DNA from: Longimicrobiales bacterium
GTDB lineage: Bacteria > Gemmatimonadota > Gemmatimonadetes > Longimicrobiales > Gaopeijiaceae
Reading direction: 5' to 3'
Assembly (NCBI GenBank): GCA_965204735.1
Contig: OZ242008.1
Span: 64,001-128,000, forward strand
DNA length: 64,000 nt
The translations under genes were made by a program, and so were the position numbers. The notes under the pieces are model-generated. The model ran no database searches and was not told where the DNA came from. It was given only the letters and a program-made list of their open reading frames with translations. Each line of letters starts with the position of its first letter. The stretch's first letter is position 1. Shown here one piece after another: positions 17,352 through 26,323 of the stretch.

Positions 17352-19376
17352 ATGGACAGCCCCGCCTCCGCCATGGACCACTCGCCATCGCCCGTCGCCG
17401 ACCCTCGTTCCACCTACGCCGAACGGATCGCACGCTTCGACGAGGCCGCCGCCCTGGCCGACACGAGTGTCCGGAACTACGGACGCCTTCGGTTGGCGAC
17501 CTTCGCGGCTGCCGTCGCCGGTCCGTGGTTCTCCTTCGCGGCCGGGCGCAACGTCGTCGCCTGGGGAGCGGTTGCGGTCGCGGCGACGACGTTCGGGTTC
17601 CTGGTGAGGGGCCAGCGGCGCGCCAGGCGCCGTCGCCGACTCGCCGAGCTGACAGCGGACGCGAACCGTCGGGGCATTTCGCGACTGGACCGACGCTGGG
17701 ACGACCTGCCCCCGCCGGGGGACGACTTGCCTCCGCCGGGGGACGACTTGCCTCCGCCCGGGGACGACTTGCCCCCGCCGGGGGAGAAGGCGCGCCACGA
17801 GGAGTCCCCCGCCGTCGGACACGACTGCGCCGACGACCTGGACGTGCACGGTCGGGCCTCGCTGCTTCGGCTGCTCCACGTCGGCGGAACGCCCGAGGGT
17901 CGAGCGACGCTTCGCGGGTGGTTGTTGTCCGGGGCCGACCGGCAAAGCGCGGTTCACCGGCAGCAAGCCGTGACGGAAATGGCCGCGGCCTTCGACTTTC
18001 GGGACGGCTTGGCCGCCGAAGCCGCGCTGGCGATGGAGCGTCGCGAAAAGAGGTCCGGTTCGGCCCAAGCGCCGCGTCCCGACGCAGGGACCGGTCGCTT
18101 CCTTCGGTGGGCGGAAGGGGACGGACGCATGCGCGGGCGCCGACGGCTCCTCCTTGCCGCCGTGATCCTGCCGCCCGTCAACGTGACGGCTCTCGCGCTG
18201 TACTTGCTGGGAGTCGTCCCCAGTCCCGTTGTCGCGTGGCCCGTGCTTCTCTCGCTGGTGATTCTCGGGGCTTCCCGGAAGAGAACGAACCGCGCGTTCT
18301 CCGAGGCGAGCGACGGCGAATCGGGCGTTCGCGACTATGGACCTGTCCTTGCTCACCTGTCCAACCGTGGTTCCAGCCTGGAGTCGCGCTGCTTCGCCGA
18401 CGTCCTTGAGCGCCTGGGCGGCGAGGGCCAACGTCCGGACCGCGCCCTGGTCCCTCCGAACCGCGACGACGCTTCCAGCCGCCCGGCTCATCGAGAGATC
18501 GAGCGGTTGCGACGCCTTCTGGACATGGCGGACGCCCGGCGCGCGCCTCTCTTTCACCTTCCCCTGGCCCTCTTCCTTTTCTGGGACGTGCACGTGCTGG
18601 CGGCGCTGGAGCGGTGGAAGGCGCGATCGGGCCACCGCGTCCGGGGCTGGCTCGAAGCCATGGCCGAGGCCGAGGCGCTGGCCGCGTTGGCCGCTCTGGC
18701 GGCCGATCATCCCGACTGGACGATGCCGACACTCGACGACCGCGCCGCCACGGTGCGCGGACGCGCTCTCGGTCACCCGCTGCTTCCCCCCGAAGCCTGC
18801 GTCCGCAACGACGTGGAGGTCGGCCCGCCCGGCTCGTTCCTCCTGGTGACCGGCTCCAACATGTCCGGCAAGTCCACCCTGCTGAAGGCGATCGGCCTGA
18901 ACGTCGTGCTTGCCCGGGCGGGAGCGCCCGTGTGCGCCCGGTCGCTTCGGCTGCCGTCGCTGCGGGTGGCGACCAGCATGTCCGTCCGCGATTCGCTGGC
19001 CGACGGCGTGTCGCACTTCATGGCCGAACTCCAGCGGCTCAAGAGGGTCGTGGACGCCTGCGAGGCCGGCCCGCGCACCCTCTACCTGCTGGACGAGGTT
19101 CTCCAGGGGACCAACAGCGCCGAACGCCAGGCCGCCGCGCGGACGGTCCTGCGCCGGCTGCTGGCCTCGGGCGCCGTCGGCGCCGCGACCACCCACGACT
19201 TGGCGCTGGCCGACTCGGACGACCTTGCTACCCGCGCCGTTGCGGTTCACTTCACCGAAACGGTGACCGATGCCGGCGAGGGCGGCGGGAAGCTCGTCTT
19301 CGACTACCGCCTTCGTCCGGGAATCGCCACCTCGACCAACGCCCTTCGGCTGCTGGGCTTGGTCGGGCTGGAGTGA
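17352..19376 (+). CDS. Membrane-associated MutS-like ATPase (MutS domain V)
   Basis: Hydrophobic segments, 'TGSNMSGKST', 'SHFMAELQRL', 'LLDEVLQGTNS' and 'ATTHDL'. Confidence 0.9.
   Translation: MDSPASAMDHSPSPVADPRSTYAERIARFDEAAALADTSVRNYGRLRLATFAAAVAGPWFSFAAGRNVVAWGAVAVAATTFGFLVRGQRRARRRRRLAELTADANRRGISRLDRRWDDLPPPGDDLPPPGDDLPPPGDDLPPPGEKARHEESPAVGHDCADDLDVHGRASLLRLLHVGGTPEGRATLRGWLLSGADRQSAVHRQQAVTEMAAAFDFRDGLAAEAALAMERREKRSGSAQAPRPDAGTGRFLRWAEGDGRMRGRRRLLLAAVILPPVNVTALALYLLGVVPSPVVAWPVLLSLVILGASRKRTNRAFSEASDGESGVRDYGPVLAHLSNRGSSLESRCFADVLERLGGEGQRPDRALVPPNRDDASSRPAHREIERLRRLLDMADARRAPLFHLPLALFLFWDVHVLAALERWKARSGHRVRGWLEAMAEAEALAALAALAADHPDWTMPTLDDRAATVRGRALGHPLLPPEACVRNDVEVGPPGSFLLVTGSNMSGKSTLLKAIGLNVVLARAGAPVCARSLRLPSLRVATSMSVRDSLADGVSHFMAELQRLKRVVDACEAGPRTLYLLDEVLQGTNSAERQAAARTVLRRLLASGAVGAATTHDLALADSDDLATRAVAVHFTETVTDAGEGGGKLVFDYRLRPGIATSTNALRLLGLVGLE
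17700..17783 (+). repeat. In-frame 21-bp tandem repeat x4 (DDLPPPG)
   Basis: GACGAC(C/T)TGCC(C/T)CCGCC(G/C)GGG repeated four times. Confidence 0.95.
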
Positions 19377-19403
19377 CCGAAGCTCGTCTTCCGACTCGTC
19401 AGG

Positions 19404-20954
19404 TCAGAGACCCGAGCGCCAGCGGTTGACTGCGTCCGTCAAGTCCCTCATCAGCGGCTGAACCTGGCTCGCCTCGCGCTTGGCTTCCATGGAAGCGACC
19501 AAGCGACACAGATCGGCGGAGCTCCTGCGGAATGACTCGGCGAGGTTCTCCACCTTGTACTTGGCTGCCTCCGACGGCTTGCCGGACGTGTGGTCGAAGG
19601 CCGCTTCGAGTCGCCTCGTCTGCTTGGCCAGGTCGTTGGGTTCGACGCCGAGCAAGCGGGCGGCGTCCGGAGCGCTCCGCAGCTTCTCCCAAACCCATGC
19701 CTCGGGAGTCGAGTCGCCCGGCAGGAAGAAGACGGGAACGTCCTGTTCCGCCGCCCTGCGAATCTTGTCGTCGTCGTCATGGCCCCGCCGGTCTCCGTCC
19801 AGCACGAAGACGACGTTGTCGATCTGGCCGAACTTCCTCATGGCTCTGGCGTGCGCCGGAAACTCGCCGGCGCCCGTGTCCCGACCCACCTTGATCGACT
19901 CCCGGTTGATTCTGTCGCGCGCCGCGATCTGGTCCACCAGACCCCACAAGATCGCTTCCGCGGCGGCGTCCTCGCACAGCACGTTCAGCGTGCGGGCCGA
20001 CCTGCCGTAGAGCGCGTCCTGCACGATGTCCCGGTACGCGGGCACGACCGAAACCCTGCCTTCCTCGTCTCTCTCCAGGAATACTCGCCCCGCGGGCGGC
20101 ACCGAGTTCAGCACGACGGAGCTGTGCGAGGTCACGATGACCTGAAGGTTGTTCTGCAGCGCCAGCTTCTGAAGCTGCAACATGAGGAGTTGCTGAACCC
20201 ATGGATGCAGGCCGGCCTCCACTTCGTCCACCAGCACCAGTCCGTCCTTCATGTGGGCGATCTTCTGCGACAAGCGGATGATTGCCCGTTCCCCGGCCGC
20301 CATGTGCAGCTCCGAATACTTCGCGCCTCCTTCTTGAACGGCGAAGAGGAGGTTCTTCCGGTCGCTGGAAAGGCTCAGGACCTCGGCGTACCGAAACGGA
20401 ACCATGCGCTGCGCAAAGTCGATCTCCCAGGGCGTAAGCGCCGTCTCGTCAGGGGGGGAAGGCAGGTGGGACATGGCCAGCACTCCCCGCACCTCGGAAG
20501 GGTTGGTCAAGTTGGCCAATGTCCGAAGGTACACGAGCCGCTCCGGCTGCGCTGCGCCCTTGCGTCCGAAGTAGCTGCGGTTCCAGCTCTTCAAGCGTCC
20601 CCACCGCATCGACCGACGGCCGTCGGGCGTCGAGTACTCGAAGTCCATCACAACCTTGCCCCGTTCGTCCCACCGGTCGCCGACCTTGGCGCGAAAGTCG
20701 GGGAAGAGCGTGGAGGGAACGAACTCCCGCACCCCTGCCCCTGGGACCTTGTAGGCGCACGCGGCGGCAAAGAGAACCGTCGACTTGCCGCTGGCGTTGC
20801 CGCCGCCGATCACGGTCACCGGGTACTCGAATGCGGTCCGAAGGCCGTCGATGCCGCGGAGCCCCTCGATGTAGACTTCGGACAGGAAGTGGGGCATCTG
20901 GGGCTTCTTGGCCTGCAGGCGAGTCCACATCTCCTTCAACTGCTTCTCGATCAT
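19404..20954 (-). CDS. ABC/AAA_21 ATPase fused to a TOPRIM-like domain (OLD-like ATP-dependent nuclease)
   Basis: GGAGGAG RBS; Walker A GGNASGKS; 'MAAGE'; Walker B LVDEVEAGLHP; H-loop TSHS; C-terminal 'CED...LDGD' TOPRIM acidic motifs. Confidence 0.82.
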   Translation of the reverse strand: MIEKQLKEMWTRLQAKKPQMPHFLSEVYIEGLRGIDGLRTAFEYPVTVIGGGNASGKSTVLFAAACAYKVPGAGVREFVPSTLFPDFRAKVGDRWDERGKVVMDFEYSTPDGRRSMRWGRLKSWNRSYFGRKGAAQPERLVYLRTLANLTNPSEVRGVLAMSHLPSPPDETALTPWEIDFAQRMVPFRYAEVLSLSSDRKNLLFAVQEGGAKYSELHMAAGERAIIRLSQKIAHMKDGLVLVDEVEAGLHPWVQQLLMLQLQKLALQNNLQVIVTSHSSVVLNSVPPAGRVFLERDEEGRVSVVPAYRDIVQDALYGRSARTLNVLCEDAAAEAILWGLVDQIAARDRINRESIKVGRDTGAGEFPAHARAMRKFGQIDNVVFVLDGDRRGHDDDDKIRRAAEQDVPVFFLPGDSTPEAWVWEKLRSAPDAARLLGVEPNDLAKQTRRLEAAFDHTSGKPSEAAKYKVENLAESFRRSSADLCRLVASMEAKREASQVQPLMRDLTDAVNRWRSGL

Positions 20955-21165
20955 TGGCGGCTCCTCCGAGGGGTGGTCGGCGTCCGTCGGTTCGTGTCCG
21001 GAGTCGGTCGCTGGCCGGCGGTCGGCGTCCGGCAACCAGTCGACTGGCCTCCTTCGGTCGGATCGCAAGCGCAAGCGGGCGAAGCACCGGAGCCGACGTC
21101 CGCGTCGCGCCGCGCGGGGCGACCAGCCTCGGTCCTGGGAGGCCCTGGCGCACCGGCCCACCGGC

Positions 21166-21178
21166 ATAGTACTATACT
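21166..21178. promoter_or_regulatory. Putative overlapping divergent -10 elements
   Basis: AT-rich palindrome ATAGTACTAT with TATACT on + (towards sdh) and TATAGT/TACTAT on - (towards the OLD-like gene), in a GC-rich background. Confidence 0.4.
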
Positions 21179-21312
21179 GCTCGCCGGTCGGGCCAGCCGC
21201 TCGCCATGGCCGGCGGCCGCCGTTGGTCCAGCGCCCGTCGCCGGTTCCGCCGCCTTCCACTGCTGGGCCGGCCCCCCGTTCCTCCCAATCGACTGGATGC
21301 TTCCCCGCCCAA

Positions 21313-22125
21313 ATGGAACGCACCCTCGCGACGGTACCTGCGCCCCCGGCGGTGTCTCGGCGCCGGTTCCTGCGGACTGCCCGGACCGACCGCTGGTGGA
21401 GCAAGCCCCTTGCCGTCTTCCTTGGCTTGACGGCCTTCATCGTCTACTCCACCTGGGCCGCCCTCCAGAACGCCCACTTCGAGTTCGAGGGCTACCTGTC
21501 GCCCATGTACTCGCCCCTGATCTTCGGCGAGTCGCACCACGCCGTCCTCGGCGCCCTGCCGACGTGGTGGCCCGCTTGGCTGCCCTTCTACCCGGCGTTT
21601 CTGATCCTGTGGGCGCCCGGCGGCTTCCGCTTCACCTGCTACTACTACCGGGGGGCGTACTACAAGTCCCACTGGGCGTCTCCCGCCGGCTGCGGCGTCG
21701 GCAAAGCGCAAAAGAACTACCGGGGCGAGCACTCGTTCCCACTGATCTTCCAGAACCTCCACCGCTGGTTCCTCTACTTCGCGCTGGTGTTTCTGGTGAT
21801 CCTCTCCATCGACGTGTACCGGGGAATGTGGTTCGGCTCCGGCCACGACGAGTTCGGCATCGGCGTCGGCACGCTGGTCCTTGCCGCGAACGTCGTCCTC
21901 CTTTCGGGCTACACTTTCGGCTGCCACTCGTTGCGACATCTGATCGGCGGCAAGCTCAACGTGCTGTCGAAGCGTCCGGGCCGGCTGAAGGCGTGGAAGG
22001 GCGTGACGTGGTGCAACACGCGCCACCAGCTCTTTGCGTGGCTGAGCCTCTTCTGGGTCGGCTTCACCGACTTCTACGTGCGCATGTGCTCGATGGGCGT
22101 CTGGACCGACTTGAGGATCGTCTGA
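21313..22125 (+). CDS. Succinate dehydrogenase membrane anchor (Sdh1/actinobacterial type)
   Basis: Multi-TM protein with 'FRFTCYYYRGAYY', 'NLHRWF' and 'GCHSLRH' motifs, immediately upstream of the flavoprotein subunit. Confidence 0.85.
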   Translation: MERTLATVPAPPAVSRRRFLRTARTDRWWSKPLAVFLGLTAFIVYSTWAALQNAHFEFEGYLSPMYSPLIFGESHHAVLGALPTWWPAWLPFYPAFLILWAPGGFRFTCYYYRGAYYKSHWASPAGCGVGKAQKNYRGEHSFPLIFQNLHRWFLYFALVFLVILSIDVYRGMWFGSGHDEFGIGVGTLVLAANVVLLSGYTFGCHSLRHLIGGKLNVLSKRPGRLKAWKGVTWCNTRHQLFAWLSLFWVGFTDFYVRMCSMGVWTDLRIV

Positions 22126-23940
22126 ATGGCCGCCTACGAGACTCGCGAGTACGACGTGCTCATCATCGGTGCGGGGGGCGCGGGGCTGCGGGCGGCGATC
22201 GAGGCGTCGGCGTCCGGCGTCCGGGTGGGCTTGGTGTGCAAGTCGCTGCTGGGCAAGGCCCACACCGTCATGGCCGAGGGAGGCATGGCGGCGGCGCTGG
22301 CCAACGTGGATGAGCGCGACGGATGGCAGGTGCACTTTGCCGACACCATGCGCGGGGGACAGTACCTCAACCAGTGGCGGATGGCCGAGATACACGCCAA
22401 GGAGGCGCCGGCCAGGGTCAACGAGCTGGAAGCTTGGGGAGCGCTCTTCGACCGCACGAACGACGGACGCATCCTTCAGCGCAACTTCGGCGGACACGCG
22501 TATCCGCGCTTGGCCCACGTCGGCGACCGAACCGGCCTGGAGATGATCCGCACCTTGCAGGACCACGGCGTCCACCAGGGGATGACCGTGCACATGGAGA
22601 TCACCGTCACGAAGCTGTTCAAGGACGGCGACCGGGTGGCCGGCGCGTTCGGCTACGACAGGGAGCGGGGTCGGTTCCGCGTCTTCAAGGCGCCCGCGGT
22701 CATCTTGGCGACCGGGGGCCTGGGCAAGGCGTACAAGATCACCTCCAACTCGTGGGAGTGCACGGGGGACGGCATAGCGCTCGCCTACCACGCCGGGGCG
22801 CAGCTCAAGGACATGGAGTTCGTCCAGTTTCACCCCACGGGCATGGTCTGGCCGCCGTCGGTGAGCGGCATTCTGGTGACGGAAGGCGTGCGCGGCGAAG
22901 GGGGCGTGCTGACGAACAGCGAAGGCAAGCGCTTCATGTTCGACAACATCCCCGAGCTGTACAAGGAGCTGGTGGCCGACGACGCCGAAGAGGGCTGGCG
23001 CTACGTGACGGGCGACAGGGAGGCGCGCAGGCCTCCCGAGCTGCTCACCCGCGACCACGTGGCGCGCATGATCCTGGCGGAAGTGAAGGCCGGCCGGGGC
23101 ACTCCCCACGGAGGCGCCTTCCTGGACATTGCGTGGATCAAGGAGCGGGTGCCGGGCGGCGCCGAGCACATCAAGCGCAAGCTTCCGTCGATGTACCACC
23201 AGTTCAAGCAGCTGGCGGACCTGGACATCACCGAGGAGCCGATGGAGGTGGGGCCGACGACCCACTACGCCATGGGCGGCGTCAAGGTGGATTCGGACAG
23301 CCAGATGACCAGCGTGCCCGGCTTGTACGCGGCGGGCGAGTGCGCGACCGGGCTCCACGGGGCCAACCGCCTGGGCGGCAACTCGCTGTCGGACTTGGTC
23401 GTCTTCGGAAAGCGGGCCGGCGAGCACGCCGTGGAGCACGCCCGGGAGGCGGGCCCGGCGGCGGTTCGCGACGCCGACGTGGAAGCGGCCGCGGCGGAAG
23501 CGCTGGCGCCGTTCGACCGGGACGACACCGGCGAGGGCCCCTTCCAGCTTCAGCAGGCGCTGCAGGAGCTGATGCAGGAGAATGTGGGGATCATCCGCGA
23601 CGCGCCCGACCTGGACCGTGGGATCGAGGCGCTGGCGGACCTTCGGCGGCGCGCGCGCCAGGTCAAGGTGCACGGCAACCGGGAGTGGAACTCGGGCTGG
23701 CACACGGCGCTGGACTTGGCGCCGCTGCTCACCGTCTCCGAGGCGATCGCGCTGGCGGCGAAGGAGCGGCGAGAGAGCCGGGGCGCCCACACTCGAGACG
23801 ACCATCGGGAGAAGGACCTCGAGTGGGGCAAGGTCAACCTGGTCGTCGAGAAGGGCGCCGATGGCTCGATGCAGGTGCGCAAGGAGCCGGTCGAGCCCGT
23901 CCCCGAGAGGCTCGCGAAGATCATCGAGGAGCAGGGCTGA
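22126..23940 (+). CDS. sdhA: Succinate dehydrogenase/fumarate reductase flavoprotein subunit
   Basis: GAGGAG; 'KAHTVMAEGG' FAD-His; 'QFHPTG'; 'HYAMGG'; 'HGANRLGGNSL'; 'ESRGAH'. Confidence 0.95.
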   Translation: MAAYETREYDVLIIGAGGAGLRAAIEASASGVRVGLVCKSLLGKAHTVMAEGGMAAALANVDERDGWQVHFADTMRGGQYLNQWRMAEIHAKEAPARVNELEAWGALFDRTNDGRILQRNFGGHAYPRLAHVGDRTGLEMIRTLQDHGVHQGMTVHMEITVTKLFKDGDRVAGAFGYDRERGRFRVFKAPAVILATGGLGKAYKITSNSWECTGDGIALAYHAGAQLKDMEFVQFHPTGMVWPPSVSGILVTEGVRGEGGVLTNSEGKRFMFDNIPELYKELVADDAEEGWRYVTGDREARRPPELLTRDHVARMILAEVKAGRGTPHGGAFLDIAWIKERVPGGAEHIKRKLPSMYHQFKQLADLDITEEPMEVGPTTHYAMGGVKVDSDSQMTSVPGLYAAGECATGLHGANRLGGNSLSDLVVFGKRAGEHAVEHAREAGPAAVRDADVEAAAAEALAPFDRDDTGEGPFQLQQALQELMQENVGIIRDAPDLDRGIEALADLRRRARQVKVHGNREWNSGWHTALDLAPLLTVSEAIALAAKERRESRGAHTRDDHREKDLEWGKVNLVVEKGADGSMQVRKEPVEPVPERLAKIIEEQG

Positions 23941-24692
23941 TGCCGAACGCGACGTTCAGGATATGGAGGGGGGACTCGGAGGGCGGCGAGTTCCGCGACT
24001 ACCGTACCGAGTACTCGGAGGGGATGGTCGTGCTCGACGTGGTCCACAAGATCCAGGCCGAGCAGGCCAACGACCTGGCGGTCCGCTGGAACTGCAAGGC
24101 CGGCAAGTGCGGCTCGTGCTCGGCGGAGGTGAACGGCCAGCCCAAGCTCATGTGCATGACCCGCATGAACACGCTGCCCGTGGACCGGCCCGTGACGGTC
24201 GAGCCCATGCAGGCGTTCCCGGTGGAGAAGGACCTGGTCGCGGACGTGAGCGTCAACTACGAGATCAAGAAGCGCATCAAGCCCTTCGCGCCCCGCCCGC
24301 CGGACCGGGCCGACGGCACCTGGACGATGCACCAGCCGGACGTGGAGCGCTCCCAGGAGTTCCGCAAGTGCATCGAGTGCTTCCTCTGCCAGGACGTGTG
24401 CCACGTGGACCGGGACCACCACTACCACCTGGAGGGCAAGTTCGTCGGCCCCCGCTTCTTCGTGCACGCCGCCTACCTGGACATGCACCCCGCGGACGAG
24501 GCCGACCGCCTGGAAGACCTGAAGGAGCGCGACGGCGTGGGCTACTGCAACATCACCAAGTGCTGCACGGTGGTCTGTCCCGAGCACATCACCATCACCG
24601 ACAACGCGATCATCCCCCTGAAGGAACGGGTGGCGGACCGGTACTACGACCCGTTGACGAAGGTGCTGCGGGTGATTGGGGTGGGGAGGTAG
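23940..24692 (+). CDS. sdhB: Succinate dehydrogenase iron-sulfur subunit
   Basis: 'CKAGKCGSC', 'CIECFLCQDVC' and 'CNITKCCTVVCP'. ATG overlaps the sdhA stop. Confidence 0.93.
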   Translation: MPNATFRIWRGDSEGGEFRDYRTEYSEGMVVLDVVHKIQAEQANDLAVRWNCKAGKCGSCSAEVNGQPKLMCMTRMNTLPVDRPVTVEPMQAFPVEKDLVADVSVNYEIKKRIKPFAPRPPDRADGTWTMHQPDVERSQEFRKCIECFLCQDVCHVDRDHHYHLEGKFVGPRFFVHAAYLDMHPADEADRLEDLKERDGVGYCNITKCCTVVCPEHITITDNAIIPLKERVADRYYDPLTKVLRVIGVGR

Positions 24693-24841
24693 GCGACACT
24701 TGCGGCAGTGCCTGTCCAAGGCGATACCATGATACTACCGCCTCGCTACGGTGCCATCTTGAACCCCGATGTTTTTGATTGTCCGATTCGGATCGTATCC
24801 CCTTCGACGACGTGGCCGGACGCGAGATCGGAGGCCGAGCG

Positions 24842-26323
24842 ATGCTGAAGCGACTGAAACTCTCCAACTTCAAGGTCTGGAATGAACTGAGTCTGCCGCT
24901 AGGTCGGGTGACCGGGCTCTTCGGTGGAAACAGTTCCGGCAAGAGCAGCATCCTTCAGTTCCTGTTGATGCTGAAGCAGACGAAGAACGCCTCGGATCGC
25001 AGCGTGGTGTTGCACTTCGGGGATCGGGATCGTGGCGACTTCGTGGAGCTGGGCGGCTTCAGGGACATCGTGCATCGCAACGACAGTTCGCGGACGATTT
25101 CATGGGCGCTTGAGTGGGGACACGACCACGTGACGATCGGGGATCCGCAAGGAAGTCGCAGGGAGACACTGTACGACTTTGATTCCTTGCTGACGGAATG
25201 CGCCGTGCACATGTACGGTGGGGACATACGGCCGTATATGCTGAAGTATGTGTTCGAGTCGGGCAGCTTTTCCGTTATGGCTGACCAAGACTCGCCCAAG
25301 TACGCCCTCGATGGAGGCGACTATTCGTTCCTGCGCAACCAGGGCCGGCCTTGGGGGCTTCCCGGTCCCGTGAAGACTCACTTGTTTCCGGACCAAGCCA
25401 AGACATACTACCAGAACACCGGCTTTCTGAGTGTGTTCGAAACGGAATACGAAAGGCTGATGGATCGCATCCACTACCTCGGACCGCTCCGAGAGGGTCC
25501 ACGGCGCGAGTACTTCTGGTCCGGCACCAGCCCTCACGACACAGGGGTTCGTGGCGAGCGAACGATTGAGGCCATACTGTCTGCGACCAAGAAGGGCGAG
25601 ACCAGGAATCTGGCACGATACAAGCACCGTAAAGAATTTCAGGAGATGATCGGCTACTGGCTTGATCAGCTTGGGCTGGCCACTGAGTTCGGCGTCGCGG
25701 AAATCGCTTCTGAAAGCAATCTCTACCGGGCAGCCGTCAGGAAGGACGAGGCCAGCGCAGAGGCTGTGTTGCCGGATGTTGGCTTCGGCGTCTCTCAGGT
25801 CTTGCCGGCGCTTGTCTTGCTGTACTATGTGCCACGTGGTTCCATTGTGCTGATGGAACAGCCGGAGATCCACCTTCACCCTTCGGCCCAAGGGGGATTG
25901 GCCGACGCAATCCTGTCGGCCGCCAAAGCCCGCGACCTTCAAGTCATTGTGGAGAGCCACAGCGAACACCTCTTACGGCGACTGCAACTTCGTGTTGCGA
26001 CGGAAGAAGCCTCATCCGATGAAGTCAAACTTTATGCTACGAACGTCCTGGACGGTGTGGGCTCTGTTTCGGATTTGGATCTCACTCCGCTCGGCGAAAT
26101 CAGAAATTGGCCGACACACTTCTTCGGGGACGAAATGGGCGAGATTACCGCGATTCGACGGGCCACGCTCGAGCGACGGTTGCAAGTCGGCGAGGGTCAG
26201 GTAATTGTCGATGTCGATCAGGCGAGGGCAGTGCCTGGCCGGCGTGTTCCGGCCGGCGACGACTCCAACAGGCCGAGCTACGGCGTGTCCAAGCTGGCCA
26301 GCGCTGCGACGCCGGCGGCGTAG
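24842..26323 (+). CDS. AAA ATPase with C-terminal DUF3696-like domain
   Basis: 'SNFK', GGNSSGKS, 'YLGPLR', 'DVGFGVSQVLP', 'EQPEIHLHP', 'ESHSEH', 'GEIRNWPTHFF'. Visibly lower GC than the flanks. Confidence 0.85.
   Translation: MLKRLKLSNFKVWNELSLPLGRVTGLFGGNSSGKSSILQFLLMLKQTKNASDRSVVLHFGDRDRGDFVELGGFRDIVHRNDSSRTISWALEWGHDHVTIGDPQGSRRETLYDFDSLLTECAVHMYGGDIRPYMLKYVFESGSFSVMADQDSPKYALDGGDYSFLRNQGRPWGLPGPVKTHLFPDQAKTYYQNTGFLSVFETEYERLMDRIHYLGPLREGPRREYFWSGTSPHDTGVRGERTIEAILSATKKGETRNLARYKHRKEFQEMIGYWLDQLGLATEFGVAEIASESNLYRAAVRKDEASAEAVLPDVGFGVSQVLPALVLLYYVPRGSIVLMEQPEIHLHPSAQGGLADAILSAAKARDLQVIVESHSEHLLRRLQLRVATEEASSDEVKLYATNVLDGVGSVSDLDLTPLGEIRNWPTHFFGDEMGEITAIRRATLERRLQVGEGQVIVDVDQARAVPGRRVPAGDDSNRPSYGVSKLASAATPAA

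Noticed and set aside
17352..19376. Canonical mismatch-repair mutS
   Set aside because: It lacks the mismatch-binding domain and has TM segments; only the ATPase domain is MutS-like.
21349..21400. SRRRFLR twin-arginine-like motif at the Sdh anchor N-terminus
   Set aside because: It precedes the family's 'RTDRWW' segment of a polytopic membrane subunit; no independent support for Tat export.
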